A stretch of DNA of 64,000 nucleotides from Arenicellales bacterium (GTDB taxonomy: Bacteria; Pseudomonadota; Gammaproteobacteria; Arenicellales; Poriferihabitantaceae): the NCBI GenBank assembly GCA_963422685.1, contig OY730442.1:1991847-2055846 (forward strand), written 5' to 3'. Below the pieces are notes generated by a model. It saw only the letters and a list, made by a program, of their open reading frames with translations. It was not told where the DNA came from and ran no database searches. The position numbers and the translations under genes were made by a program. Of the stretch, positions 54,280 through 63,742 are shown one piece after another. The first letter of the stretch is position 1; every line of letters starts with the position of its first letter.

Positions 54280-56643
54280 ATGAGCGACAAAATATTTGCA
54301 GCCGGTAAACAAATAGCCAGGCCGGAAGACGTCTTGCCCGGGGTTCTGCATTTATTGCCGCTGGAGAAAAAACCCTTTTTTCCGGGCCAGGTTCTGCCCC
54401 TGGTGCTTGACGTGCGCAGATGGGGCAAGACACTGAAATCCATACACAAGGCAGGTCACAGCAGCGTAGGAGTGGTTTTTACCGACGGCGTTAAATCCGG
54501 GGACGTGGAATCAAGGCATTTCAGGTCTGTGGGCACGGTATGCAAAATACACCAGATTGAGCAGCATGAAAATCAATACCACGTGGTTCTGGCGGGGTTG
54601 CAGCGCTTCGAAATTAATAGCTGGGTTTCAGAAAAGCGGCCATTCACCGCCCAGGTCAGTTACTTCCCTGAACTGAACCCCGGGAAAACCACCGAAATAA
54701 AAGCATATACCACCGCCATTGTAAACATTATCAAAGAGTTGCTGCCGCTCAATCCCATGTATGGCGAAGAGCTGAAAATGTTTCTCAATTATTTTGGTAC
54801 CGGCGAGCCATCCAGGCTAGCCGACTTTGGTGCGAGTCTGACCACGGCTGACGCAAAAGAAATGCAGGAGATACTCGAAGCGGTCGAACTGTTGCCGCGC
54901 ATGGAAAAAACCCTGGTGTTGTTGCAGAAGGAGGTGGAAGTCGCCCGGGCACAAACAGAAATCCGCGCACATATTGAAGGAGAAATAACTCGGCACCAGC
55001 GGGAAATATTTTTGCGTGAACAGTTGAAGTTTATTCAAAAAGAACTGGGGATTTCCAAAGACGATCGGGAATCCGAAGTGGAAACATTTCGGGGCCGGCT
55101 GGAAGATTGCATGGTGCCGGAGCAGGCACAGCGGCGTATCGATCAGGAGCTGGAAAAGATGTTGATGCTGGAACGGGGTTCGCCGGAATACACGGTGACA
55201 AGAAACTATCTGGACTGGTTAACCAGCATACCCTGGGGCAGGCACAGTACAGACGCGCTGGATCTGGAACAGGCGGCAACGGTGCTGGATAAGGATCATG
55301 AGGGACTGGATGAAGTAAAGCAGCGCATCCTCGAATTTATCGGAGTGGGCAAGATGAAAGGCGAAGTGGCCGGTTCGATTATGCTGCTGGTTGGGCCGCC
55401 CGGCGTCGGCAAGACCTCTCTCGGGCGCTCTGTGGCGGGCGCTCTGGGTCGGGAGTTTTACCGGTTTTCCCTGGGCGGCATGCGCGATGAGGCTGAAATA
55501 AAAGGCCATCGCCGCACCTACATCGGCGCCATGCCGGGGAAATTTGTTCAGGCATTAAGAGAGTGCAAAACCGCCAATCCGGTAATAATGCTGGATGAAA
55601 TCGACAAGATTGGCGCATCATTTCGCGGCGACCCGGCCTCTGCACTACTGGAAGTGCTCGACCCGGAACAAAACGGGGATTTTCTGGATCATTATCTTGA
55701 TGTGCGAGTGAACCTGTCCAGGGTGCTGTTTATTTGTACTGCCAATCAACTCGATACGATTCCCGGACCATTACTCGACCGCATGGAGTCCATCTGGTTG
55801 TCCGGGTATCTGGCGGCCGAAAAAGCGGCCATAGCGAGGAAGCATTTGCTGCCCAGGCAAATTAATCGGGCTGGTCTGAAACAACGCGGCCAGCTTCGAA
55901 TCGATACCGCCGCTATCCGGCAGATTGCCGAGCACTATGCCCGGGAAGCGGGGGTGCGTAGGCTGGAGAAATTGCTGGGCACAATCGCCAGAAAGGCCGT
56001 AATGAAATTGCTTAAAGGCGAAAAAGCACCAATTCACGTTACCGTCAACAATCTACCGGAATTCATAGGCAAACCGGTTTTTAATGATGAAGATCGCATT
56101 GCTGGAGTTGGTGTGGTCACCGGGTTGGCCTGGACCGCCATGGGGGGCGCCACCCTGGACGTGGAAGCGACCCGAAGCCACAGCTTCAGTCGGGGATTTA
56201 AATTGACCGGGCAGCTCGGCGCGGTAATGAAAGAGTCTGCCGAGATTGCCTACAGCTATGTACTTGGCAACGCCGAAGCGCTTGCAATTAAGCAGAAGTT
56301 TTTCGAAAACGCCATGATCCATCTCCATGTCCCGGCCGGCGCCACGCCAAAGGATGGGCCAAGTGCGGGTGTGGCGATTGCGTCTGCGCTGATTTCATTG
56401 GCCAAAGGCCAGGCCGCCAGAAAATCGTTGGCGATGACCGGGGAAATCTCGTTGACGGGTCAGATTTTGCCTGTGGGCGGCATCAAGGAAAAAGTAATCG
56501 CTGCCCGGCGGATGAAAATACGCAACCTGATCATGCCAGAAGCCAATCGCGGCGATTTCGAAGAACTGCCCGAATACATCACCAGGGGTGTTTCGGTGCA
56601 TTTTGTTACTCGCTATGCGCAAGTGGTTGCGCATTTATTTTAG
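54280..56643 (+). CDS. lon: ATP-dependent Lon protease (LonA type)
   Basis: It has the N-terminal LON domain (LHLLPLEKKPFFPGQVLPLVL), AAA+ Walker A GPPGVGKTSLGRSVA, and the catalytic Ser region PKDGPSAGVAIASAL. I moved the start to the ATG at 54280 (MSDKIF...), giving 787 aa. Confidence 0.93.
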   Translation: MSDKIFAAGKQIARPEDVLPGVLHLLPLEKKPFFPGQVLPLVLDVRRWGKTLKSIHKAGHSSVGVVFTDGVKSGDVESRHFRSVGTVCKIHQIEQHENQYHVVLAGLQRFEINSWVSEKRPFTAQVSYFPELNPGKTTEIKAYTTAIVNIIKELLPLNPMYGEELKMFLNYFGTGEPSRLADFGASLTTADAKEMQEILEAVELLPRMEKTLVLLQKEVEVARAQTEIRAHIEGEITRHQREIFLREQLKFIQKELGISKDDRESEVETFRGRLEDCMVPEQAQRRIDQELEKMLMLERGSPEYTVTRNYLDWLTSIPWGRHSTDALDLEQAATVLDKDHEGLDEVKQRILEFIGVGKMKGEVAGSIMLLVGPPGVGKTSLGRSVAGALGREFYRFSLGGMRDEAEIKGHRRTYIGAMPGKFVQALRECKTANPVIMLDEIDKIGASFRGDPASALLEVLDPEQNGDFLDHYLDVRVNLSRVLFICTANQLDTIPGPLLDRMESIWLSGYLAAEKAAIARKHLLPRQINRAGLKQRGQLRIDTAAIRQIAEHYAREAGVRRLEKLLGTIARKAVMKLLKGEKAPIHVTVNNLPEFIGKPVFNDEDRIAGVGVVTGLAWTAMGGATLDVEATRSHSFSRGFKLTGQLGAVMKESAEIAYSYVLGNAEALAIKQKFFENAMIHLHVPAGATPKDGPSAGVAIASALISLAKGQAARKSLAMTGEISLTGQILPVGGIKEKVIAARRMKIRNLIMPEANRGDFEELPEYITRGVSVHFVTRYAQVVAHLF

Positions 56644-56837
56644 AGACTGGAGCAAAGGCCGATCCGGGAAAATTATCGATGCCAAAACTGTTTCCGGCAC
56701 AGGTATGCGGCATGTGACGAGTTTGATCCTAATCCGTTTGCAGATGTTTTCCCTGATGCTGGGTGACGTTTTACAGGACAGGAAAATCAGTGGATAACGG
56801 AGTATCATAAGAATTTTACGCCAATGCAGAAGGTGCC

Positions 56838-57239
56838 ATGATGAAAGAAATTACCCGAATCAATCATGTTGGAGTAAGAGTTAAAAGCCTGGCTGTTTCC
56901 CGACCTTTCTACGAAAAGCTGGGGTTCAGATTTCTGGTCGGCCCGGTCGGGCCTGAGCCGGTTGCGATTATGGAGCATCCGAGCGGGGTGAATATTAATT
57001 TCATCCTCAACGCATCCGACCAGTCAACCACAAATATGCTGATGGATGTGCCTGAAAAATTTACCGGCTATACCCATATCGCGCTGGAGGTTACCAACCT
57101 GGATGCCGTACAACAAAAGCTGGAACAACTGCACATGCAAATCACCGAAGGGCCGATCAAATTACCGGATGGCGGGATGTTTGTTTTTATCAGGGATCCG
57201 GATTTAAATGTCATCGAGTTCCATAAACCGGCGCCATAA
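56838..57239 (+). CDS. VOC-family (glyoxalase/bleomycin-resistance/dioxygenase) protein
   Basis: The 133-aa protein has INHVGVRVKSLAVSRPFYEKLGF ... YTHIALEV ... FIRDPDLNVIEF, the typical paired beta-alpha-beta-beta-beta VOC pattern. Confidence 0.7.
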   Translation: MMKEITRINHVGVRVKSLAVSRPFYEKLGFRFLVGPVGPEPVAIMEHPSGVNINFILNASDQSTTNMLMDVPEKFTGYTHIALEVTNLDAVQQKLEQLHMQITEGPIKLPDGGMFVFIRDPDLNVIEFHKPAP

Positions 57240-57250
57240 AAATAGCTGCC

Positions 57251-57841
57251 ATGCCATTAACAGGCTGCAATTACTGGATTTTCGACATGGATGGCACCCT
57301 GACTCTGCCGGCGCATAATTTTGCCGCGATACGAAAGCAGCTCGGGCTGGAACCCGGCGAACCCATATTGGAAGCCATTGCGAAAATGCCCACAGCAGCG
57401 GCGCAGCGCGCAACCGGACTGTTGCACGATATAGAAATGGAACTGGCCTATAAGGCCCGGCCCCAGCCCGAAGCAGCTGCCCTGCTGCAGTCGCTTTTGG
57501 CCAGGGGTAAAAAACTGGGGATTCTTACCCGTAATGGTGAAGAAATTACCCATGCCACATTAAAGGCCGCCGGATTGTCCACATTTTTCGAAAAGGATTC
57601 CATCATAGGGCGGGACACCTGCGCACCCAAGCCCAGCCCGGACGGCGTACTGCATTTGTTATCGTTCTGGAATGCAGCCAGGTCGGAAACGGTTATCGTT
57701 GGCGATTACCGCTGGGATATCGAAGCCGGCTTTAATGCTGGAATTAATACCGTGCATTATGATCAATCGGGTTTGTTTCCATGGCCGGAATTTGCCCGAC
57801 ACAAGATCTCCGAGCTCAAGCAGTTGCAAACGCTTTTTTAG
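57251..57841 (+). CDS. HAD-superfamily hydrolase (phosphoglycolate-phosphatase-like subfamily IA)
   Basis: HAD motif I is WIFDMDGTLT, motif II GILTRN, and motif III/IV K...VGDYRWDIEAGFNAG. 196 aa. Confidence 0.75.
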   Translation: MPLTGCNYWIFDMDGTLTLPAHNFAAIRKQLGLEPGEPILEAIAKMPTAAAQRATGLLHDIEMELAYKARPQPEAAALLQSLLARGKKLGILTRNGEEITHATLKAAGLSTFFEKDSIIGRDTCAPKPSPDGVLHLLSFWNAARSETVIVGDYRWDIEAGFNAGINTVHYDQSGLFPWPEFARHKISELKQLQTLF

Positions 57842-57899
57842 GATTTTAGGTATGATTTTTGCCCTGCACAGAGACGCCCTGATCGCCCTGATTAATACA

Positions 57900-59789
57900 T
57901 TATCCGTTCAGGCCTTTCACCTGATCCTGCAAATCGCAGGCAAGAAATCCTCCAGACTGCCTGGCCCATAATTCGCTGTACAGGCCGCCGCCATCCAGCA
58001 GGTCGCTGTGAACGCCCTGCTCGACGATTTTTCCTTCGTCCATAATGATCAGTCGATCCATTTGGGCAATCGTTGAAAGTCGATGCGCAATAGCGATGAC
58101 CGTCTTGCCTTTCATCAATTTGTACAGGCTGTCCTGGATGGCCGCTTCCACTTCGGAATCCAGCGCACTGGTGGCTTCGTCAAGGATTAAAATCGGCGCA
58201 TTCTTCAACAGCACCCTGGCGATGGCGATACGCTGCCGCTGGCCGCCGGAAAGTTTCACGCCGCGCTCGCCTACCTGGGCCCGATACCCGGCGTTTCCCC
58301 ACGAATCTTCCAGGCCCTGAATAAAATCATGTGCTTTGGCCTGTTTTGCGGCGGCGATAACGGTTTCCGGTGTTGCCAGCTTGCTGCCATAACGAATGTT
58401 GTCGTATACCGAACGATGCAGCAGCGACGTATCCTGACTGACCATGCCGATTTGCGAGCGCAGGCTGTCCTGGGTAACCGCTCTGATATCCTGACCGTCG
58501 ATGAATATCTTTCCCTGTCCCAAATCATAAAAACGCAGCAGCACGCTCACCAAAGTAGACTTGCCTGCCCCGGAGCGCCCGACGATGCCAATTTTCTCGC
58601 CGCCGCGAATGGATAAATTCAGGCCGTCTATGACGCCGCGCCTGCCATCATCTTTGCCATAGTTGAAAGAAATATTTTGATAGTCGATGGCCCCATGGGT
58701 GACATGCAGACCGGTTGCGCCGGTTTTATCGACGATGGAAATATCATTTGAAATCGTTTCGATGCCATCCTGCACAACGCCGATATTCTCAAACACCGTG
58801 GATATCTCCCACAGAATCCATTGGGACATTCCCTGGAGTCGCAAAACCAAGGCGATGGCAAAGGCAATTTCCCCCGGTGTGACCGCTGCAAGATGCCATA
58901 ACCACAGCGAACTGCCAGCCACACCTGCCAGTAAAAGCGCATTCAGCAGGTTCAGCAAAAGCGATAATTTTGTGGCCAGCCGCATTTGCAGATATACCGG
59001 GACGAGAAAATCCTGCATGCCCTGTTTGGCATACTCATCTTCGTAGCTGGCATGTGCGAACATCTTGACCGTGGTGATGTTGGTATAGCTGTCCACCACC
59101 CGGCCGGTGACCATGGAGCGCGCTTCGGCCTGGTCCATGGCGACTTTGCGAAGTTTCGGAACATAGGAATACATGACCAGGATATAACCCGTTAACCATG
59201 CAATCATGGGGAACGTCAGCCGCACGTCGCTGGCCGCAAATAATATGACCGCGCCGGTAAAGTAGATAACCACGTACAGCACCACTTCAGTTGCCTTGAT
59301 AATGGTGTCGCGCACCCCGAGCGAGGTCTGCATCATCTTCGCCGCGATTCTTCCGGCAAAGTCGTTCTGGAAAAACTCGACGCTCTGGCGCAGCAGATAG
59401 CGATGGGATTGCCAGCGGGTACGCATGGCGAAATTGCCGAGCATGCCTTGCTGCACCGTGGCCTCGTAAAAGAATTTTAGTATCGGCAATATCACCAGGG
59501 TGATGCCTGCGATCACGATGATCCGGGTGCGGTGCAGCGCCCAAAAAGAACCGCGGTCGCTGGCCGCCAGCCAGTCGACCAGGTTGCCGACGAAGGCAAA
59601 CAGGTAGACTTCGATCAGGGCGATTGTGGTGGACAGCAGAGCGCTTAGCGCAATCAGTTTCCAGAATGGTTTGGCATAATGGGAAACAAAGCCGAGTAAT
59701 GTAGCGGGCGGCCTGGGCGGCGTCTGCCCTGGAAAAGGGTCGTTGTATTGTTCGAACCAGGTAAAAATTGCGTTAATCAAGTGCTCCAC
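57900..59789 (-). CDS. ABC exporter, fused permease/ATP-binding protein
   Basis: The 629-aa protein has a 6-TM N-terminal domain, Walker A GRSGAGKSTLVSVL, the signature LSGGQRQRIAIARVL, and Walker B ILILDEATSALD. The substrate is unknown. Confidence 0.85.
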   Translation of the reverse strand: MEHLINAIFTWFEQYNDPFPGQTPPRPPATLLGFVSHYAKPFWKLIALSALLSTTIALIEVYLFAFVGNLVDWLAASDRGSFWALHRTRIIVIAGITLVILPILKFFYEATVQQGMLGNFAMRTRWQSHRYLLRQSVEFFQNDFAGRIAAKMMQTSLGVRDTIIKATEVVLYVVIYFTGAVILFAASDVRLTFPMIAWLTGYILVMYSYVPKLRKVAMDQAEARSMVTGRVVDSYTNITTVKMFAHASYEDEYAKQGMQDFLVPVYLQMRLATKLSLLLNLLNALLLAGVAGSSLWLWHLAAVTPGEIAFAIALVLRLQGMSQWILWEISTVFENIGVVQDGIETISNDISIVDKTGATGLHVTHGAIDYQNISFNYGKDDGRRGVIDGLNLSIRGGEKIGIVGRSGAGKSTLVSVLLRFYDLGQGKIFIDGQDIRAVTQDSLRSQIGMVSQDTSLLHRSVYDNIRYGSKLATPETVIAAAKQAKAHDFIQGLEDSWGNAGYRAQVGERGVKLSGGQRQRIAIARVLLKNAPILILDEATSALDSEVEAAIQDSLYKLMKGKTVIAIAHRLSTIAQMDRLIIMDEGKIVEQGVHSDLLDGGGLYSELWARQSGGFLACDLQDQVKGLNG

Positions 59790-59951
59790 TCAGGACGGTT
59801 ATTTTTCCCAATGATACGATTATTTGGGATTCCTGGGTACGCCGCCCTGGTATAACCGTGTTTTGAAAAAATGTGACAGCCCAACGGATTTTCGATCTGA
59901 TGAACGGGCAATAAATGTGACTTTTGACTTTCAACCCTGTATAAACCGGCC

Positions 59952-60737
59952 ATGAAAATTTTGCTCAGCAACGATGATGGTTACGATGCGCCGGGTTTGC
60001 TGGCATTGCATGAGGCGCTATCAGGCATCGCCGAAGTCACCGTGGTTGCGCCCGAAAGCAATCAAAGCGGATGCAGCAGCAAATTATCTCTCAGACAGCC
60101 CATCAAGGTTCGCACCCATGAAAACGGCTTTATGTCGGTGGATGGAACCCCCGCAGATTGTGTGCATCTGGCCATTACCGGTATGCTCGATTTTCAGCCG
60201 GACCTAGTGATTTCCGGTATAAATAACGGCCCGAATATGGGCGATGATGTTATCTATTCCGGTACAGTGGCGGCCGCGATTGAAGGGCGATTTTTACCGC
60301 TTCCGGGCATAGCAATATCTTTGGCGGGATATAAACTGAACCATTACGATGCGGCGGCCCGGGTGATAGTTGAGTTGCTGGCACGAATAAATTCCAGCCA
60401 GATAGCCAATAATTCTTTGCTGAATATCAATGTCCCCGACCTGCCCTACGAGCAGATTCGCGGATTTGCGGTGACACGACTCGGGGTGCGCCATCAATCC
60501 GCACCAGTCATCAATGAGGGTCGGGTTGATGGTTTCGATATCTATCGCATCGGACCTCCCGGAGCCCGGCAGGACGCGCCAGACCCAGGGCCTGACACGA
60601 TTAGCGCTACGGATTTTCAGGCAATCGAAAACAACAAAGTGTCGATTACCCCATTGACGGTGGATATGACTGCTTATAAAAACATCACAGATATGGGTGA
60701 ATGGCTTGCTGCATCAGGAGCAAAACAATATGGCTGA
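59952..60737 (+). CDS. surE: 5'/3'-nucleotidase SurE
   Basis: MKILLSNDDGYDAPGL and GINNGPNMGDDVIYSGTVAAAIEG, 261 aa. Confidence 0.93.
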   Translation: MKILLSNDDGYDAPGLLALHEALSGIAEVTVVAPESNQSGCSSKLSLRQPIKVRTHENGFMSVDGTPADCVHLAITGMLDFQPDLVISGINNGPNMGDDVIYSGTVAAAIEGRFLPLPGIAISLAGYKLNHYDAAARVIVELLARINSSQIANNSLLNINVPDLPYEQIRGFAVTRLGVRHQSAPVINEGRVDGFDIYRIGPPGARQDAPDPGPDTISATDFQAIENNKVSITPLTVDMTAYKNITDMGEWLAASGAKQYG

Positions 60738-61407
60738 GCGGCTGTCCAGACAGCGTCAGGGCATCGGCATGACCTCCATGCGAACACGCCGCAGGCTAAT
60801 TGATCGACTGCGCGAGCAGGGCATTTCCAGCCATCGCGTATTGTCGGTCATGCTGGATACACCCAGGCATCTGTTTATTGATGAGGTGTTGTCCCATAAA
60901 GCCTATGAAGATATCGCCCTGCCCATTGGACAAAATCAAACCATATCGCAACCATTCATCGTCGGCTTGATGACCGAACTCATGCTGGACAGCGATATCG
61001 TGGTAAAAAACGTACTGGAGGTCGGAACCGGCTGTGGTTATCAAACCGCAATTCTGTCCCAACTGGTCAACTGGGTATTCACCATAGAACGCATCGCCGT
61101 ATTACAGCAGGAATCCAAACGGCGGCTGCCCGACCTGGATTATCGCAATATCAGCTATTTGAATGGCGATGGATTTCTCGGCTGGGAAAGCAATCAACCT
61201 TTCGACGGCATCATCGTTACCGCAGCACCAGAAGCGGTTCCCCAGGCATTGATGGCGCAGTTATCCCAGGGCGGCCGACTGGTTATTCCCGTGGGCGGCG
61301 AAGATCAGCGTCTACGCATAATTACCAGAAAGCCCTGGGGGTTTGATCAGCAGCAGCGCCAGGCCGTGCGATTCGTGCCCATGCTGAATGGCAAAGTAAA
61401 TTTATGA
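60730..61407 (+). CDS. pcm: Protein-L-isoaspartate O-methyltransferase
   Basis: QTISQPFIVGLMTELM and the SAM motif VLEVGTGCGYQTAILS. I moved the start to the ATG at 60730 (MAERLSRQ...), an 8-nt overlap with surE. It sits in the conserved surE-pcm-nlpD order. Confidence 0.92.
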   Translation: MAERLSRQRQGIGMTSMRTRRRLIDRLREQGISSHRVLSVMLDTPRHLFIDEVLSHKAYEDIALPIGQNQTISQPFIVGLMTELMLDSDIVVKNVLEVGTGCGYQTAILSQLVNWVFTIERIAVLQQESKRRLPDLDYRNISYLNGDGFLGWESNQPFDGIIVTAAPEAVPQALMAQLSQGGRLVIPVGGEDQRLRIITRKPWGFDQQQRQAVRFVPMLNGKVNL

Positions 61408-61985
61408 AGCTATTCAGCCCACTGTATAGTAAGGTAATGCAATGGTCCCGACATCCTCACGCCGAAAAATATCTTGGCGGGGTGAGTTTTATCGAATCCT
61501 GGTTTTTCCCCATACCCACCTCCTTGATGCTGGCGCCCATGGTGATGGCGAACAGGAGCCGAGCCTGGCGGCTCGCATCCCTGGCCACCGCGACCTCGGT
61601 ATTCGGCGGAATATTTGGCTATATGATTGGCTTTTTTCTGTTTGATCAGTTGGGACAGCCTATTCTGGAGTTCTATCATCTGGCTGGCAAATTTATAAAA
61701 ATGCAGCACTGGTTTGACCGGTACGGCATCTGGCTGGTGTTGTTAGCGGGGCTGACACCCATCCCCTACAAATTATTCACCATCACATCGGGGATGCTGG
61801 GCATGGCCTTGATACCGTTTATTATTGCTTCGGTAATCGGCCGGGCATCACAGTTTTTTCTGGTATCCGGGCTGTTGTGGTGGGGCGGGGAAAAAATCCA
61901 GCCGGTGCTGGAAAAGTGGATGGAATGGATAGGCTGGGGGGTGCTGGTCGCAGCCGCCGGTTTCCTGATTGCAAAGGCAATATGA
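61404..61985 (+). CDS. YqaA-like / DedA-superfamily inner membrane protein
   Basis: The 193-aa protein has 4-5 hydrophobic helices, FIESWFFPIPTSLMLAPM and GLTPIPYKLFTITSG. Its start overlaps the pcm stop and its stop overlaps the nlpD start. Confidence 0.65.
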   Translation: MKLFSPLYSKVMQWSRHPHAEKYLGGVSFIESWFFPIPTSLMLAPMVMANRSRAWRLASLATATSVFGGIFGYMIGFFLFDQLGQPILEFYHLAGKFIKMQHWFDRYGIWLVLLAGLTPIPYKLFTITSGMLGMALIPFIIASVIGRASQFFLVSGLLWWGGEKIQPVLEKWMEWIGWGVLVAAAGFLIAKAI

Positions 61986-62746
61986 AAAACCCGCTGATTG
62001 TCCCGATTTTCACCGTTTCGATTTTATCGGCGTTGATCAGCGCCTGCGTACCGCACACGGCGCCGGTAATCAATAAATCACCCTCCCGACATATCCCGCA
62101 AGCCTATGAGGTCAAGCCGGGGGATTCAATTTATACCATTGCCTGGAGTGTGGGGCTGGATTTTCTCGACATAGCCGAATGGAATGGTTTGAAGAAACCC
62201 TATGCCATTCGACCGAAACAGATAATTCGATTGCGCAAACCGGCGTCGAAAACCGCAGCCCCGAAGCCCGCTTCTGCCAATGTCAGGAAACCGGCCGTTG
62301 CCAAAACCCTGCCCACCACTAAACCCGCCGCAAAGCCCCGGGCTAATCTGTCCGCGGCGCCCACGGTTGGTTTTTCCAAAGTGCCGGGCCAATGGAATTG
62401 GCCGGCCGAGGGCAGGTTGATCGGAAAATATGCGCCATCGGACGGCAGCAACGGCATTCAAATTGCCGGGGCCGACGGCAGCGCGATCAAGGCCACCGCC
62501 GCAGGAGAGGTTGTGTATGTGGGTGAAGGTTTGCGCGGCTATGGCAAATTGGTCATCGTCAAGCATTCTGCTGAATATCTGAGCGCGTATGCACACAATC
62601 GGGACATTCTGGTCAAGGAAGGCCAGGCGGTCAAATCCGGCCAGCAGATTGCAAAAATGGGACGCAGCGGCACCAAAACCACCATGCTCCATTTCGAAAT
62701 CCGGGTAGACGGAAAACCTGTGGACCCGATGACTTACCTGAAGTAA
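61982..62746 (+). CDS. nlpD: Murein hydrolase activator lipoprotein NlpD (LysM + M23 peptidase domains)
   Basis: It has a signal peptide with lipobox LISAC (MKNPLIVPIFTVSILSALISAC), LysM (YEVKPGDSIYTIAWSVGLDFLDIAEWNGL), an Ala/Pro/Lys-rich linker, and M23 (GIQIAGADGSAIKATAAGEVVYVG...HFEIRVDGKPVDP). I moved the start to the ATG at 61982. Confidence 0.9.
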   Translation: MKNPLIVPIFTVSILSALISACVPHTAPVINKSPSRHIPQAYEVKPGDSIYTIAWSVGLDFLDIAEWNGLKKPYAIRPKQIIRLRKPASKTAAPKPASANVRKPAVAKTLPTTKPAAKPRANLSAAPTVGFSKVPGQWNWPAEGRLIGKYAPSDGSNGIQIAGADGSAIKATAAGEVVYVGEGLRGYGKLVIVKHSAEYLSAYAHNRDILVKEGQAVKSGQQIAKMGRSGTKTTMLHFEIRVDGKPVDPMTYLK

Positions 62747-62753
62747 TCATTTT

Positions 62754-62927
62754 ATGCAACGGCAAGATGCTGAAATGAACGAAGTCATAGTTCATCAAAT
62801 AGATATTGCTCACTACCGTTTCGTAGAACTTGCAGAACCTGCCGATCAGGCCAGGCCTTTCTACGAATGGGTTGAAAAAAAAGCGCAAAGACTCACTGGA
62901 TCGCATAAACAGTTAAATGAATCCTGA
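62754..62927 (+). CDS. Small ORF (57 aa), possibly the 5' remnant of a UPF0176/TrhO-like (rhodanese-type) gene or a leader ORF of the R-M cassette
   Basis: It is absent from the ORF track. My manual translation is MQRQDAEMNEVIVHQIDIAHYRFVELAEPADQARPFYEWVEKKAQRLTGSHKQLNES*. Its TGA overlaps the ATG of the next gene (TGATG). The segment IAHYRFVELAEP...R..Y resembles the N-terminal I.FYK[FY]..[IL].[DE]P motif of YceA/TrhO proteins, recalled from memory only. Confidence 0.3.
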   Translation: MQRQDAEMNEVIVHQIDIAHYRFVELAEPADQARPFYEWVEKKAQRLTGSHKQLNES

Positions 62928-63742
62928 TGTCAGCGAATAGAGCTGAAATCACCTCAATTATCAGTGCCCGTTATAGAGAGGTTGAAGAAAAACGCCCTTT
63001 GCTGTTTGACGGAATCGGTAGAGTTTACCCACACGCCAGGGCGTGTTTCTACTTTTTTGCGTGGATAATCAGGGATGCTCCCGAACAAAGGTTGGCACCG
63101 CTGACAGCCCGAATGAGAAAACTGGAAAACCTGGATAAAATGGCCGCTGAAACCGACACTCTGGTTGAATTGATACTTGAATACAGTTCGTGTGTCCGAA
63201 GTTTTAGTTGGCTGGCAGTGCGAGAGGTGGTCATTGACCGTCTCGAAGGTTCCCGGCGTAGTATCAAAGGGCATCATCTGGAGGCCAGAGTGCGAACAGC
63301 CTTAATTACAGCCTTTCAAAACTATTTTTCAATATACGGAAACTATGGAAAGTATAAGAAACTGGCTGTAGCGGATAAACAGATCAAGATTGGGAATCAT
63401 ACCATTGATGTTTCTGCGAAGCTGACACCTCTGAATAATGGCCCTACAGAAACACTACTCATTCCAATCAAGACAAGAGAAACAGAAGGCGGAGGACACG
63501 CACATATATTCACAAGAGATGTAATTGCTGCTGTCCGTGAACTAAAAGAAGATAAGAGCAGATACCACATGATTGCAATCATTGTAGCAATTAACTGGTC
63601 TATTTCAGAACTTGGCAATATTGGAGATCAGATTGATATGGTTTTTCATTTCAACATGAATCCAAATAAGTTCATTGGTTTTGACGACGCTTCACAAATT
63701 CAACTGAACAAGTATATCTACAGGGTTTTGGGCAATGGTTAA
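62927..63742 (+). CDS. Hypothetical protein (271 aa), candidate type II restriction endonuclease
   Basis: It overlaps the start of a DNA methyltransferase gene by 8 nt (ATGGTTAA) and is visibly AT-richer than the flanking genes. I recognise no family. A possible PD-(D/E)xK-like arrangement is IDVSAK...(about 15 aa)...LLIPIKTRE. The call rests mainly on context. Confidence 0.45.
   Translation: MSANRAEITSIISARYREVEEKRPLLFDGIGRVYPHARACFYFFAWIIRDAPEQRLAPLTARMRKLENLDKMAAETDTLVELILEYSSCVRSFSWLAVREVVIDRLEGSRRSIKGHHLEARVRTALITAFQNYFSIYGNYGKYKKLAVADKQIKIGNHTIDVSAKLTPLNNGPTETLLIPIKTRETEGGGHAHIFTRDVIAAVRELKEDKSRYHMIAIIVAINWSISELGNIGDQIDMVFHFNMNPNKFIGFDDASQIQLNKYIYRVLGNG

Noticed and set aside
62631-62906. 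A 91-aa minus-strand ORF spanning the nlpD 3' end and the downstream spacer
   Set aside because: It overlaps the well-supported nlpD C-terminus in antisense and has a composition that is not protein-like. The plus-strand 57-codon ORF, coupled to the next gene, is the better explanation for the spacer.
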